A DNA stretch of 64,000 nucleotides, from positions 33,604,001 through 33,668,000 of the forward strand of contig OX597827.1 in assembly GCA_951406725.2 (NCBI GenBank), given 5' to 3'. This document shows positions 13,501 to 24,093 of the stretch, one piece after another. The position numbers and the translations under genes are program-made. Every line of letters begins with the position of its first letter. Within the stretch, counting starts at the first letter, position 1. The notes under the pieces were generated by a model. That model did no database searches, was not told where the DNA came from, and worked only from the letters and a program-made list of their open reading frames with translations. The stretch comes from Octopus vulgaris (lineage: Eukaryota).

Positions 13501-13895
13501 TCTTTTACTTGTTTCAGTCATTTCACTGTGACCATGCTGAGGCACCACCTTGAAGGGTTTTCTTAGTCAAACAAATCAACCACAGGACTTATATTTTTAA
13601 GCCTGACACTTATTGTATCAGTCTCTTTTACCCAACTGCTAAGTTCGTGGACATAACATGCCAACACTGGTTATCAAGCAGTGATGGTGGGGGACAAACA
13701 CAAAGGCACACACACATAGATACGTGTGTGTGTATTTATTTATTTATACGCACACTTATATATCGGGCGTCTTTCAGTTTCCATTTACCACATCCATCCA
13801 CAAGGCTTTGGTTGAACCAAGGTTATAGTGGGTGACACTTGCCCATGGTTCCATGCAGTGGGACTGAACCTGGAACCATGTGGTTGGGAAGCAAA
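13501..13895 (-). mobile_element. SINE family A inserted into a TTAA-type MITE (13455-13995)
   Basis: Colinear with 245-692. The two flanks join to match the MITE at 53708-53934. Confidence 0.8.
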
Positions 13896-15736
13896 ATAAC
13901 TGTCATTATTAAAATGGTGTTTGGTACATAAATTTGCATGAAATTTTGATGGAAGGTTTTAATGTAGATTTCTTTAAAACAAAAAGTTTGCATTACAGAA
14001 ACAAGTTCAAAACATTTTTGCTAGGATTAAGATAAACATAGGACAATGTGTTATCAGTGATCAGAAACATGACATGTTGTGCCAAGGACCAGTATATAAT
14101 TTCATTGATAAGTTCTTACCTTCTTTAATAATTTCTACATAAATTTAAAACAGAAAGCACCAGTCCATGTTATAAGGAGTATGGATAACAAACCACTGCA
14201 CAAAATTAGCTTCTGTTTCATTACATTTTATTTGCTTTTTTTTTTTTGTTTTCTTTTTACAAGGTAAAGGACTGGGGGGTATATGTAAATCATTAATTTG
14301 TGGAAGGAGGTACTAAGGAACCAAAAAGTTGAGAGCACTGGACTGGAATTTCATTGTGATTCTTAGCAAGATATTTAATTCTTCATTACCTCTGTTCAGC
14401 TGTGAAGAAATAGACACAAGGTTTGTGTAGAAAAGTTATCTGAAATAGGACCATGCACCTATCTGAAGTGGGTGTGGGTTATTGAACTGAGGACTAAATT
14501 TTTAGGTTCATCTATTATGTAAAAGGTTAACTTCACTATGTTAGCTGTGTAGGTGGAAATGGTCATGGGAATGTGGATCTAACTTTCTCTGTCTTCAACA
14601 TTATTAATGTTAGTAAGGTCCTGGGAAACTAGTTCTGGGCTTCGTGTTTAATTCTCTATCATTGTTATTATTGTCCTAACTTCACCCAGTAGTGGGGCCC
14701 TGACTTGGTAGTTCCAGGTTTTTGAGGAGTGTGGAACCACCTATTAGTCATTAGTGTTTCTGGGCCTTCTCTGACTTGGAGTAGTAGCACTTGTCAGGGT
14801 CCTGGTTACGGAAAAATTCCAAGCACAACCCTCACTGCCTTGTGAGTGCCACAGGAAAGGAGGTTAGGGAAGTCAAAGTTGACAGCAAATCTAGGAGTGG
14901 AGTACCTCAGGTAGTCCAGTGTTCTCTTTGATACCCTTCTGGCAACTCCAGAGTAGGTGGGGGCTCTCCAGCCCTGTAGGGCAATTCATCTGGAAGGCCA
15001 CTCAAATGTAAAAGCTAACAGCTTGCTGCTCACAGCAGCCATCTTAGCCTGTTGAGTCATTATGATGAGATCTCTAAGATTAAAGAGAGATCAGATTGTG
15101 TGGACTGAGTTTTTGCTTTAAACTACTAAGCACAAGCAGGAAGAAGAGCTCTGCAGTGATGGAGATGAAAATGACAGGTGCTAGATGATCTTGGCAGTCA
15201 TTGCCTCATCTTTGCATATGAGCAGCTTCTCTTCCACTAGCCTTTGTTTAATTAAGATGGTATGGTGTGATTTGGTTGATATTTCTAGTAAATTAAAGAA
15301 CTGTATCAAAGCTCTATCATTGTAAGTGCCATTGGTTGCATAATTCACTAGTGTACATGATATCACTGCAAAAATGATGAATGTTTGGGTAGCTTGGAGA
15401 CCAAACACATCTTTTGACAGGCAAAGTTACCCTCTAGTAGCCAGCATGTTATCTCTGGGGAACTTATCTTTCATCTACTAGGAAAACCAGAAATAAGGAA
15501 CAAAGGATCTCATTATTTCGAAAATATGATTTTAAAATTTGAAATCTGTGAAACCAAAATTATTTTCACTAACTTAGAGTGTGTATAGGTGGGTTGGTAT
15601 TCAAATTTTAAATAACAAATTAAAAAACGAAACAGAAATCTAACTCAAATTAGGAATAAGTAAACTAGTTTACAATTTGTCTTTGAATTTTGGTTCAAAT
15701 TTCTATTTTGGATTCTGTTGATTTTTACTTGAGATT

Positions 15737-15944
15737 ATCATCATCATTATTGAATGTCCACTCTTTCATGCTTGCATAGGTCACATGAAATTTGTTGAGG
15801 CAGACTTTCTATGGTTTGATGCCCTTCCTATCACTAACCCTCACCTGTTTCCAAGCAAGGTAATACTTCCCCATGGCCAGACATGTTTTCCATAGAAGAC
15901 TGTAAATGAGCAGCATCACTTTTATGACAATGATGATCATTTAT
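15737..15944 (-). mobile_element. SINE-like family D (RTE-type tail ending in (GAT)n)
   Basis: GAGGCAGA.TTTCTA.GG...GATGCCCTTCC...CACCTGTTTCCAAGCAAG recurs at 10741-10870, 19975-20200, 24980-25125 and 51515-51735. Confidence 0.7.
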
Positions 15945-16221
15945 AGTTCTATATTTAACAGATGAGGAATTATCTACATTATTTACATTCGACAGATATT
16001 TGTCCTCATCTTGTTTGTTGTTAACACGTTTCAGCTGATACACCCTCTAGCCTTCTTCAGGTGTCTTGGGGAAATTTCGAACCTGAAATTCCTGAGGTAT
16101 TCTTCGATGTTATTATTATTATTATTATTATTGTTGTTGTTGTTGTTGTTCAGGTCACTGCTTGGAATTGAACTTGGAATCTTGGGATTAGTAGCCCGCG
16201 CTCTTAACCACTACGCCATAT
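15945..16221 (-). mobile_element. tRNA-headed SINE-like element with an internal (AAC/AAT)n tract and a hammerhead-bearing tail
   Basis: Minus strand: A box TGGCGTAGTGG (16218-16208), B box GTTCAATTCC (16173-16164), a microsatellite, then GACAC CTGAAGA AGGCTAG...CAGCT GAAACGT (16065-16025). Confidence 0.7.
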
Positions 16222-17451
16222 GTTGAAACATAAATTTTTTTTTTTTTGCCTTTTGGTGCAAAATGCATTCTTTATATCACTAGCTGGGAGATAAATCCTT
16301 GTCAATGATGGACACTTAACCACTAGAAATAGCAGTGATTTATCTCCCTGCCAGGGAGGGATAAGTAAAGGCACCTTGCTGTAAGAGATAAAAGGAAGGT
16401 TGTGCCACCAGTATGAAAAATGCACCCAACAACTCACAAAACTATGAAGCATGGGGTAAGGTGGGGTAAAATTCAGTTTTATTCTAGGTAATGAAGTATT
16501 AGAGTATGAGCAAGGTGGGGATGGAGCAATGCAGGTTGTTGTAGAGGATTTGGCTACTCATATATCTGCTGACTAATTAAAAAAAAGAAATTTAATTGAA
16601 ATTTATTTCAGTTTAAGTAATTTATAACTGTTTACTTATAAGATTTTGAGACTAAAGTGTGATTTACATTTTATTGGGTTCCTCCACCACCCATCTTAAA
16701 TGTTTTTGCTAAAGTATATTGAAGCATAGGAAAGTTTTTTATTCTGAATATAGCAATTAAATATAACAGAAATAAGTGATGTAAAGTGGATGGTCTATTG
16801 TAAATAAATGGTTTAAATTGGTCCACTTGAGAATTATGTGATCCAGTAAGATGATAAAATTATAGGAATAAGTAATAACGACAATGATAGTGACCTATTG
16901 TGAATGAAAGTCTTTAATTGGTCCACTTATGAAATACTTGTGAAATACTTAAAGAGAATTAAGGAAGTTTCACACACATGTACACACATACATGCCGATA
17001 CATGTACATGCACACACACACACATATATTTATATATATATAAATATGCATGCACATGCATATATGTATTATATTAATAAGAATGAATGAACATTATATT
17101 TAACTTTGAACATATACTATCAAATTTAGTAAGTTGTATGTTTATATTGGTAATGCTATAACTCTGTAATTTCTACATGCTCTAGACTTTTGTTTGCTTC
17201 AGAAAGGCTTTAGTTGTGGTAACTAAAGACAAAGTTAAGAACCAGATTTCATCTAAATAGTAAAGTATATCTCCTGTAATATTGTAGGTAGACACAGGGA
17301 GAAGGTGTTCCACATGGTTACTTGGTATGTGAGAAATAGTAGTTAAGTCTACCTCATCACACACAAAGATAGACGGATACATTGGGTATTGTAGTCCCTT
17401 GATACACCAAAAGGTAGGATAGTTACTAGATGAACACTTAATAAGACAGTG

Positions 17452-18022
17452 AACTAGCAGAACCATTAGCACATTGGACAAAATGCTTAGCAACATTTCT
17501 TCTGGTTTTACATTCTGAGTTCAAAATCTGCCAGGGTCGGCTTTGCCTTTCATCCATTTAGGGTTGATGAAATAAATACCAGTTGAGAGCTGGGGTTGAT
17601 GTGATTGACTATTTCCCCACCCCCAAAATTTCAGGCCTCGTGTCTATAGTAGAAAATATTCTTATTATTATTTAAAGCAGTGAGCTGGTAGAATTGATAG
17701 CACACCAGGCGAAAAATGCTTAGCGGTATTTCATCATCTCCATGTTCTGAGTTCAAATTCTGCTGAGGTCAACTTTGCCTTTCATGCTTTCAGGGTCGAT
17801 AGAATAAGTACCAGTTGAGGGGGGGGTCAATGTAATTGACTATCTCCCTCCCCAAAATTTCAGGCCTTGTGCCTGTAGTGGAAAATATTGTTATCATCAT
17901 TATTATTATTATTCGGATGGCAAACTGGCAGAATCAATAGCATACAGGGCAAAATGCTTTGTAGCATTTCATCCGTCTTCACATTCTGAGTTCAAATACC
18001 ACCAATAGTAGAAAGTATTATT
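17452..18022 (+). mobile_element. Three tandem SINE B copies
   Basis: Heads at about 17450, 17680 and 17920, each with TTCTGAGTTCAAA, joined by (ATT)n linkers. Confidence 0.8.
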
Positions 18023-18024
18023 GT

Positions 18025-19215
18025 TTGATTTGACTCAAATTTGTTCTTATTCTTGGTAGAATTTATGTGGATAGTGGATTACTGCTTGTGGCCTCAAGCT
18101 CTCAATAACTTTTAAGTGCTCAAAATTTTTCTGATAATCTTCCCCATTTCTGAGAAGCAGACTTTCTATAAAAGCTCTACGGGACATTCTATTCCAATCT
18201 CCTTCAACCATTTCTCTATATCTTTACTCACAATTTCTGATGTACCAATTATTACAGGCACAATCTTACAGTTTTCATATTCCAAATTCTCGCAATTTCA
18301 AATTTTAAAGGATTGTATTTTTTAAAATTTTTTCATCATCTTTCTTTACAATCCAGGAATCAAATGGATATGATTGATTAATTAGTGAGCAACTTTGCTT
18401 CTCCTGGTCTATTATTGTTATGTCTGGTTTATTATTTTCTGGCTTATCCATTTGAATAGGAAAATCCCATAAAAATCTTGCATTTCTTCAACTTAAACAG
18501 TCTTTCAGGTTGATTATCATACAAGTACTTCCAGTGGAAAACTTATGCCTCCATTTCTTATATTCACCCTGAACCAATTTGGAACATTCTGAAACAATGT
18601 GTGCCATTATTTCATCTCAAATTCCACACACCCTACATTTTGCTGAAGCCTCCCCATACACTTATTTTCTCAAGTTTGTTTTTAATACTTGTTCTTGAGC
18701 TGCTCTGTTTCTTTATTCCAATGCTCTTTTTTCAACCAAGCCCTGGTTTTTGTTTCACATTCATCTGTGGTTTTCCAAAACTGACCATGCAAAGGTTTCT
18801 CTACAATCTCTTTAACATGCTCTTTTCGAATTTCATTTTTGCCCTTTTCTTTTATTCCACACTCGATCTGTTCTTTATTCGTTGTCTTCAGTAATTTTTC
18901 TGTGCTGTTCTGTAAATATTCTACTAGGTTTTTTTTTTTCTTTCCATCTATGCACACTCTTTCACAGCAATTAAGCTCCTTCCACTCTGGTCAAGTATAA
19001 CTAGTTATCAGCTTTGGGGCAATGGGCTCTATACAATACCAATAGCTTTCTAGTTTTTCTGTCAAGTTTCTGTAATTAGCTGTTTGTCCATTCTACAATT
19101 CCAACTCCTTATCTGATTACCAATACTGCTCTTGAATTTATTGTTTCAATAGCATTTTTAAAATTCAGCTTTGTAATATTTTTCTCACATTTCCTACTTG
19201 TAATTTACTCCATCT
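18025..19215 (-). mobile_element. Decayed RLE-type non-LTR retrotransposon (R4/Dong-like) 3' part
   Basis: Minus-strand relics LDRKTRK, KPLHGQFW, AQEQVLKTN, CRVC..E..AHIVSECSKL (CCHC) and WDFPIQMD..NKPDITIID (PD..D endonuclease). Confidence 0.8.
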
Positions 19216-19234
19216 CTTCATGTTTTATTTTGAA

Positions 19235-19718
19235 CTACATGGTTCTGGGTTCAGTCCCACTCCATGGCACCTTGGGCAAGTGTCTTCTACTATAGCCTCA
19301 GGTCAACCAAAGCCTTGTGTGTAGATTTGGTAGACGGAAACTGAAAGAAGCCCATCATATGTATATATATGTGTGTATATATATATAAAGGGTAAAGACC
19401 CCTTTCGGTCATGAATGACCATGGGATTGCACCTAGAAAGTTACCCTCCTAGACACAAGTCCGGGCAAGGTTGTTTATGGAAGACCAGCAGTCGCCCATG
19501 CATACCAGCCTCCCCTCTCCACACCACCAGTGTTATCCAAGGGAAAGACAAAGGTCAATACAGCTTGGCACCAGTGACGTCGCAACTCATTTCTACAGCT
19601 GAGTGAACTGGAGCAACGTGAAATAAAGTGCCTTGCTCAAGAACACAACATGCAGCCCAGTCCAGGATTCGAGCTCACAACCTCACGATCGTAAGCTCGA
19701 CACTCTAACCACTGAGCC

Positions 19719-19749
<31 letters not shown>

Positions 19750-19960
19750 TTGTGTGTCTGTTTGTCCTCCCCAACATTGCTTGACAACTGATGCTGGTAT
19801 GTTTACGTCCCCATAACTTAGCGGTTCAGCATAAGAGACCGGTAGAATAAGTACTAGGCTTACAAAGTATAAGTCCTGAGGTTGATGTGCTCAACTAAAG
19901 CCGGTGCTCCAGCATGGCCACAGTCAAATGACTGAAACAAGTAAAGGAGTAAAAGAGAGA
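19235..19960 (+). mobile_element. SINE family A, interrupted by a family C SINE
   Basis: Head 19235-19360 and tail 19745-19960 match the reverse complement of 245-692. Confidence 0.85.
19388..19718 (-). mobile_element. tRNA-derived SINE family C nested in the (TA)n of SINE A
   Basis: Minus strand GGCTCAGTGGTTAGAG...CTCGAATCC...TTCTTGAGCAAGGCACTT...CCAGTTCACTCAGCTGT. Related heads at 56575-56792 (-) and 29520-29660 (+). Confidence 0.8.
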
Positions 19961-20414
19961 GTATCATTGTCACTATCATTATTGTTTTAAATGTTAACAT
20001 TTGTTTTACTGTGTTTGCATGCAGCAAATGAAATTTGTTGAAGCTGATTGTCCATACTGGATGCTCTTCCTCTCCCCAACCGTTACTTGTTTCCAAACAA
20101 ATATTTTCCCATAACCAGGCATGTGTCATGGACTGTTAAAAAGAAAGTGACACCACCTATATGGTGACACTTGTTTACTACTATAGCTTGTCAAGAAAAG
20201 AATACACAAGTGCACATAGACACACATGCACACACACACATGTATGTGTTGTGTATATGTATACAATAGACTTCTTTCAGTTTCCATCTACCACATCTAT
20301 TCATAAGGTTCCGGCCAGCTGGGTCTATAGTAGAAGACTCTTACCCAAGATGCCATACAACAGGACTGAACTTGAAGCCACAAAGTTGGGAAACAAACTT
20401 CTTAACCACATGGC

Positions 20415-20445
<31 letters not shown>

Positions 20446-20591
20446 AGGTATGCGTGTGTATTTGTGTGTAAATGTGAATATATATATATATACCGGAGTA
20501 AACACATAAATGTGAAACAAGGTGGAAAAAAGAGTACTCAAATACCAGTGGTAGAGTAATATGCTTTATTTTAAGCAGCAGAAAATTCAAC

Positions 20592-20638
20592 AAAATCTGT
20601 TACTCTGAGTTTCTCGTTGCCATTCATCAGACAGTTTT
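20592..20638 (-). ncRNA. Type I hammerhead motif in the left arm of the same inverted repeat
   Basis: Reverse complement of 21228-21274 with one C>U change in stem II (UG-GCAA-CG). Confidence 0.65.
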
Positions 20639-21227
20639 TGCTAGAATGGAACCGATACATCAATTCAATCTAGACTCTTACAAACGCTACACCTTTAAAA
20701 AAAAAATGGACTTGTTTGATTGGCCCTTTAGAAAAAACGGTCAATCTTCGAGCGATAAAAAAAGGTCAAAAATATATGTATATATATATAAAAACTTATA
20801 AAAATTTATAAAAATTATAAAATTCGAGGAAAAAACCTTACATTGAATAAAATACATATTGACGTTAATGAAGAAAGTATAATTAAAGCATAGAAATTAA
20901 AACCTATTATAAATATTACACTGCAATACATATTTATATCAAAGTGTACATATATATATCAACATACACAGAAGGATGTGTGCAAACGCCATACATGTAC
21001 AGACGTATACATATAAATCTAAAATATACACATAAATGCATGCGTACATATATGCATGCAATCCATCTCGCACGCAAGTTAAAATCATCTATGTAGCGAT
21101 TCTCATATACTGAGTAAGGGGGACGTAGAGTTGCATCAGTATCAGTTAGAGAAAAAAACGACAGAAAGGAAGAGAGAGAAAAAGGAACGAAGAAGGGGGA
21201 AGGAAAAAACGAAATAAGAAAAAAGAA

Positions 21228-21274
21228 AAAACTGTCTGATGAACGGCAACGAGAAACTCAGAGTAACAGATTTT
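21228..21274 (+). ncRNA. Type I hammerhead motif (GUA triplet) in the right arm of an inverted repeat
   Basis: AAAACUGU CUGAUGA A-CG-GCAA-CG-A GAAA CUC-A-GAG UA ACAG(A)UUUU. Confidence 0.7.
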
Positions 21275-21537
21275 GTTGAATTTTCTGCTGCTTAAAATAA
21301 AGTATATATATATATATATAAGAGTTGTAGTCTGTTAGGAATGTGGTAGAGTACAGTCTAAAGCTCATCCATATTCAAATACATACATGTATATCCATAC
21401 CTATATTTAGGCAACTATGTATATATATATATATATATACCCTCTCGGATTTGTGGGTATATATACATACCCACATAGATAAGTAAGTAAACCTACCACT
21501 TTGACTTGCGCATACATATAGCAAATCACATGTGTAT

Positions 21538-21580
<43 letters not shown>

Positions 21581-21581
<1 letters not shown>

Positions 21582-21814
21582 TATAAAATTTATGAATAAA
21601 TGAAAGAATGGAGTTGAACGACAAATTAACAAATTTCCTTTATTTTCGACATGTTTCGAAGGCTGCATATTCCTAATTGTGAAGGAATAAGGAGTACATT
21701 ATGCCGCTTTCTCATCAGGAAAAACAAGGAATTTATGTCAACATCAAGATTCACAAAAACTTTTGTTGATTTGTCGTTCAACTCCATTCTTTCATTTATT
21801 CATAAATTTTATAA
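21581..21814 (-). mobile_element. Small fold-back element: ~53-bp inverted arms enclosing a hammerhead
   Basis: TTATAAAATTTATGAATAAATGAAAGAATGGAGTTGAACGACAAATTAACAAA (21581-21633) versus its reverse complement at about 21762-21814, with 1 mismatch. Confidence 0.75.
21635..21731 (-). ncRNA. Type I hammerhead ribozyme motif, canonical core, GUC cleavage triplet
   Basis: The minus strand reads UUCCUU-GU-UUUUC CUGAUGA GAAAGCGGCAUA...UAUGCAGCCUUC GAAAC AU GUC GAAAA-UA-AAGGAA. Stem I has an internal loop, stem II is long (10/12 paired) and stem III is palindromic (ACAUGU). Confidence 0.85.
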
Positions 21815-21956
21815 AAATACACACAAATTTCCACACGAAAACACGTAGTCTCTGCCCTAGGCACATAACTTCAACCGTGTTATTTCTGATGTGAATTTGC
21901 TACCCAGGTATCGGTTAAACGAATTATCCATAAAAAGATATTTCATTTTTCTACTC

Positions 21957-22004
<48 letters not shown>

Positions 22005-22182
22005 CCATATCCATATCTCTCTTCTTATCTCCAACTTTGCATGCTGACTCTCATACAATCACTCCCATAGATGTAAGTGTGTGTGTATGTATATATATAT
22101 ACCTACACATCTACACATTCGTACATAAATACACATATTTTTAATAATAAATTCATACAAATATACACAGACCTGGACTTAT

Positions 22183-22248
<66 letters not shown>

Positions 22249-23249
22249 GCACAAATGAGTAGATACTTTCATGGTCTATAGAGATGTAGGTGGGCACCCG
22301 TACATATAAATAGCACAATCCAACTAGAAGTTTACTGAATTATTATTAATTATTCACAATACTATTATTTGATAGTGCTGGGTCTAGAGATTATGTATAT
22401 ACATATATAGAGAAAGAGAGATAAAGAGAGGTACAACCAGAGACTCATACTTATATATATAGAGAGTAAAGGGAAAAATATATATACACAGGATACTTAG
22501 GTAGGGTGTGTATATGTGAGTATGTATCCAACCACTTAATACTAAAGGTCAGCTTAAGAAGTTCACATGTGTAGCCAACCATGAAGAACAGATCAGAGAT
22601 ACAATCAAATAGCAGACCAATCCCATTTGAATGCCAGCCAGTACCATCTTCTACCATTCATAGCAGTCCAACAAACACTATCTGTGGCTTCTGAAGTCAT
22701 TTGACTTCTATCTCTACCAAAGCTGATATTCTCCCAGTACCACCATATCATTTTAACTTGGCAGCACTGTTCACTCTTTAGTTAACCACTAGTATTATTA
22801 ATTTTATTATTAATAATATACTTATATATTTATTTGTAAATTATTCACTTAGTTTGTCTATGTATGTGCCTTGGGCCATCAAACGAACAAGCAAGCATGG
22901 TGAGGAGAATACGTTTAAATTTCACTTCTCTTACGTAAGTTTAACTGAAGATGGGATAAGAATATTTAATTCAGAGCCCAAAATTGGTATTAAGCTATCT
23001 GCTATTTCCTCTACAACCTCTGCAAAGGTAGGAGCCTAATTTTTATTCCTTGCCCGATTTTCACTATGCTTGTTCATAAAGTGAGCTATCTGTGTATTCC
23101 GAAGTCATTTGACTTCTATTTCTATCAAATGCTGGAGCACCATTGTATTTTTACACTTTTACATATGATTCTTTATTGACTGATTTCTTCAGGGTGGTGG
23201 GATTTCATATTACCACCCCTGTATGTGCCTTTACTTTGGTCATTAGCAC

Positions 23250-23900
23250 CTTTAGTATATGAGGGAGTTTGATTCTGCTGCCTTCATCTGTACCTCTTGC
23301 TGGGCTGTTAATTCATCCAGTATTGTTGAAAGGAGAATGTCCAGTTCCTTTTTGAAGACATCCACATCTACATTGTGTAGGTTTCTTAGGACATTGAAGA
23401 GCTGTTGCAGTATCCCATCCTCACTTTTGGACAGTATCCTTGGTACAATACAATGGCACCCAGTTCAGGCTCAATGCTGAAATTAGGTACTAACCCTTCT
23501 AGAATTTTCCATATGTAATTATTACATATCTATCATGTCTTCACTCTAGGGAATAAGGTCATAGTTTTTCAGCCTTTCCCTGTAACCCATCTGCTGCACT
23601 GTTCCAATATTTTAGTGTAGTGACACTGAACCACATCAAGCTCCATTGTTAGTTGGGTGTGCTGTGTTGACCACAGCTGAGAGCAGTAGTCCAGGCAACT
23701 GAGAACAAAGGTCCTCCACAGGGCTAGGACGACTTCTTGATTTCTTATCTTGAAGGACCGTATTATCCATCCTGCCTGTTGTTTGTATTTTGGTGCCATC
23801 TTGGTAATATGCATATGAAACGATGCATCATTACACATACTGATCCCCAAGTATCTCACTGCTTGTGACTCTGGGATTGCTGTGCCTTTGAGTCCTCTGT
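23250..23900 (-). mobile_element. CR1-group LINE RT 3' fragment
   Basis: VRYLGI...GWIIRSFKIR..LWRTFVLSCLDYCSQLWS..ELDVVQCHYTKI, and downstream VDVFKKELDILL. Confidence 0.85.
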
Positions 23901-24006
23901 GTGTGTGTGTGTGTAGATTAAAGCACAAATGAAAAGGCAAATGGTTTGGCAAAACTTAACAAGGGCATTTAATTTAGCTATATAATAAAACGGTTTGCAT
24001 AGAAAC

Positions 24007-24093
24007 ACAGCTGTTTCTAGAATATCCCAGCTATTGGATCATCGTGTCAAGCAAGGATTCTATCGGCCAGAGTATTCCATCATCAGAGAGAAA
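24007..24093 (-). ncRNA. Truncated hammerhead motif (3' strand of stem I missing)
   Basis: Minus strand: UUUCUCU CUGAUGA UGGAAUA...UAUUCUA GAAAC AGCU GU, then unrelated sequence. Confidence 0.5.

Larger units (their letters stand above)
20492..21307 (-). mobile_element. Non-coding element with ~81-bp inverted arms, each carrying a hammerhead (Penelope-like pLTR architecture)
   Basis: 20559-20639 is the reverse complement of 21227-21307 with about 2 mismatches. AATAAA lies downstream of the ribozyme and (TA)n flanks both sides. Confidence 0.7.

Noticed and set aside
16151-16220. tRNA gene
   Set aside because: A and B boxes are present, but there is no acceptor stem or proper cloverleaf. It is a SINE head, and the same applies to 19650-19718 and 56720-56790.
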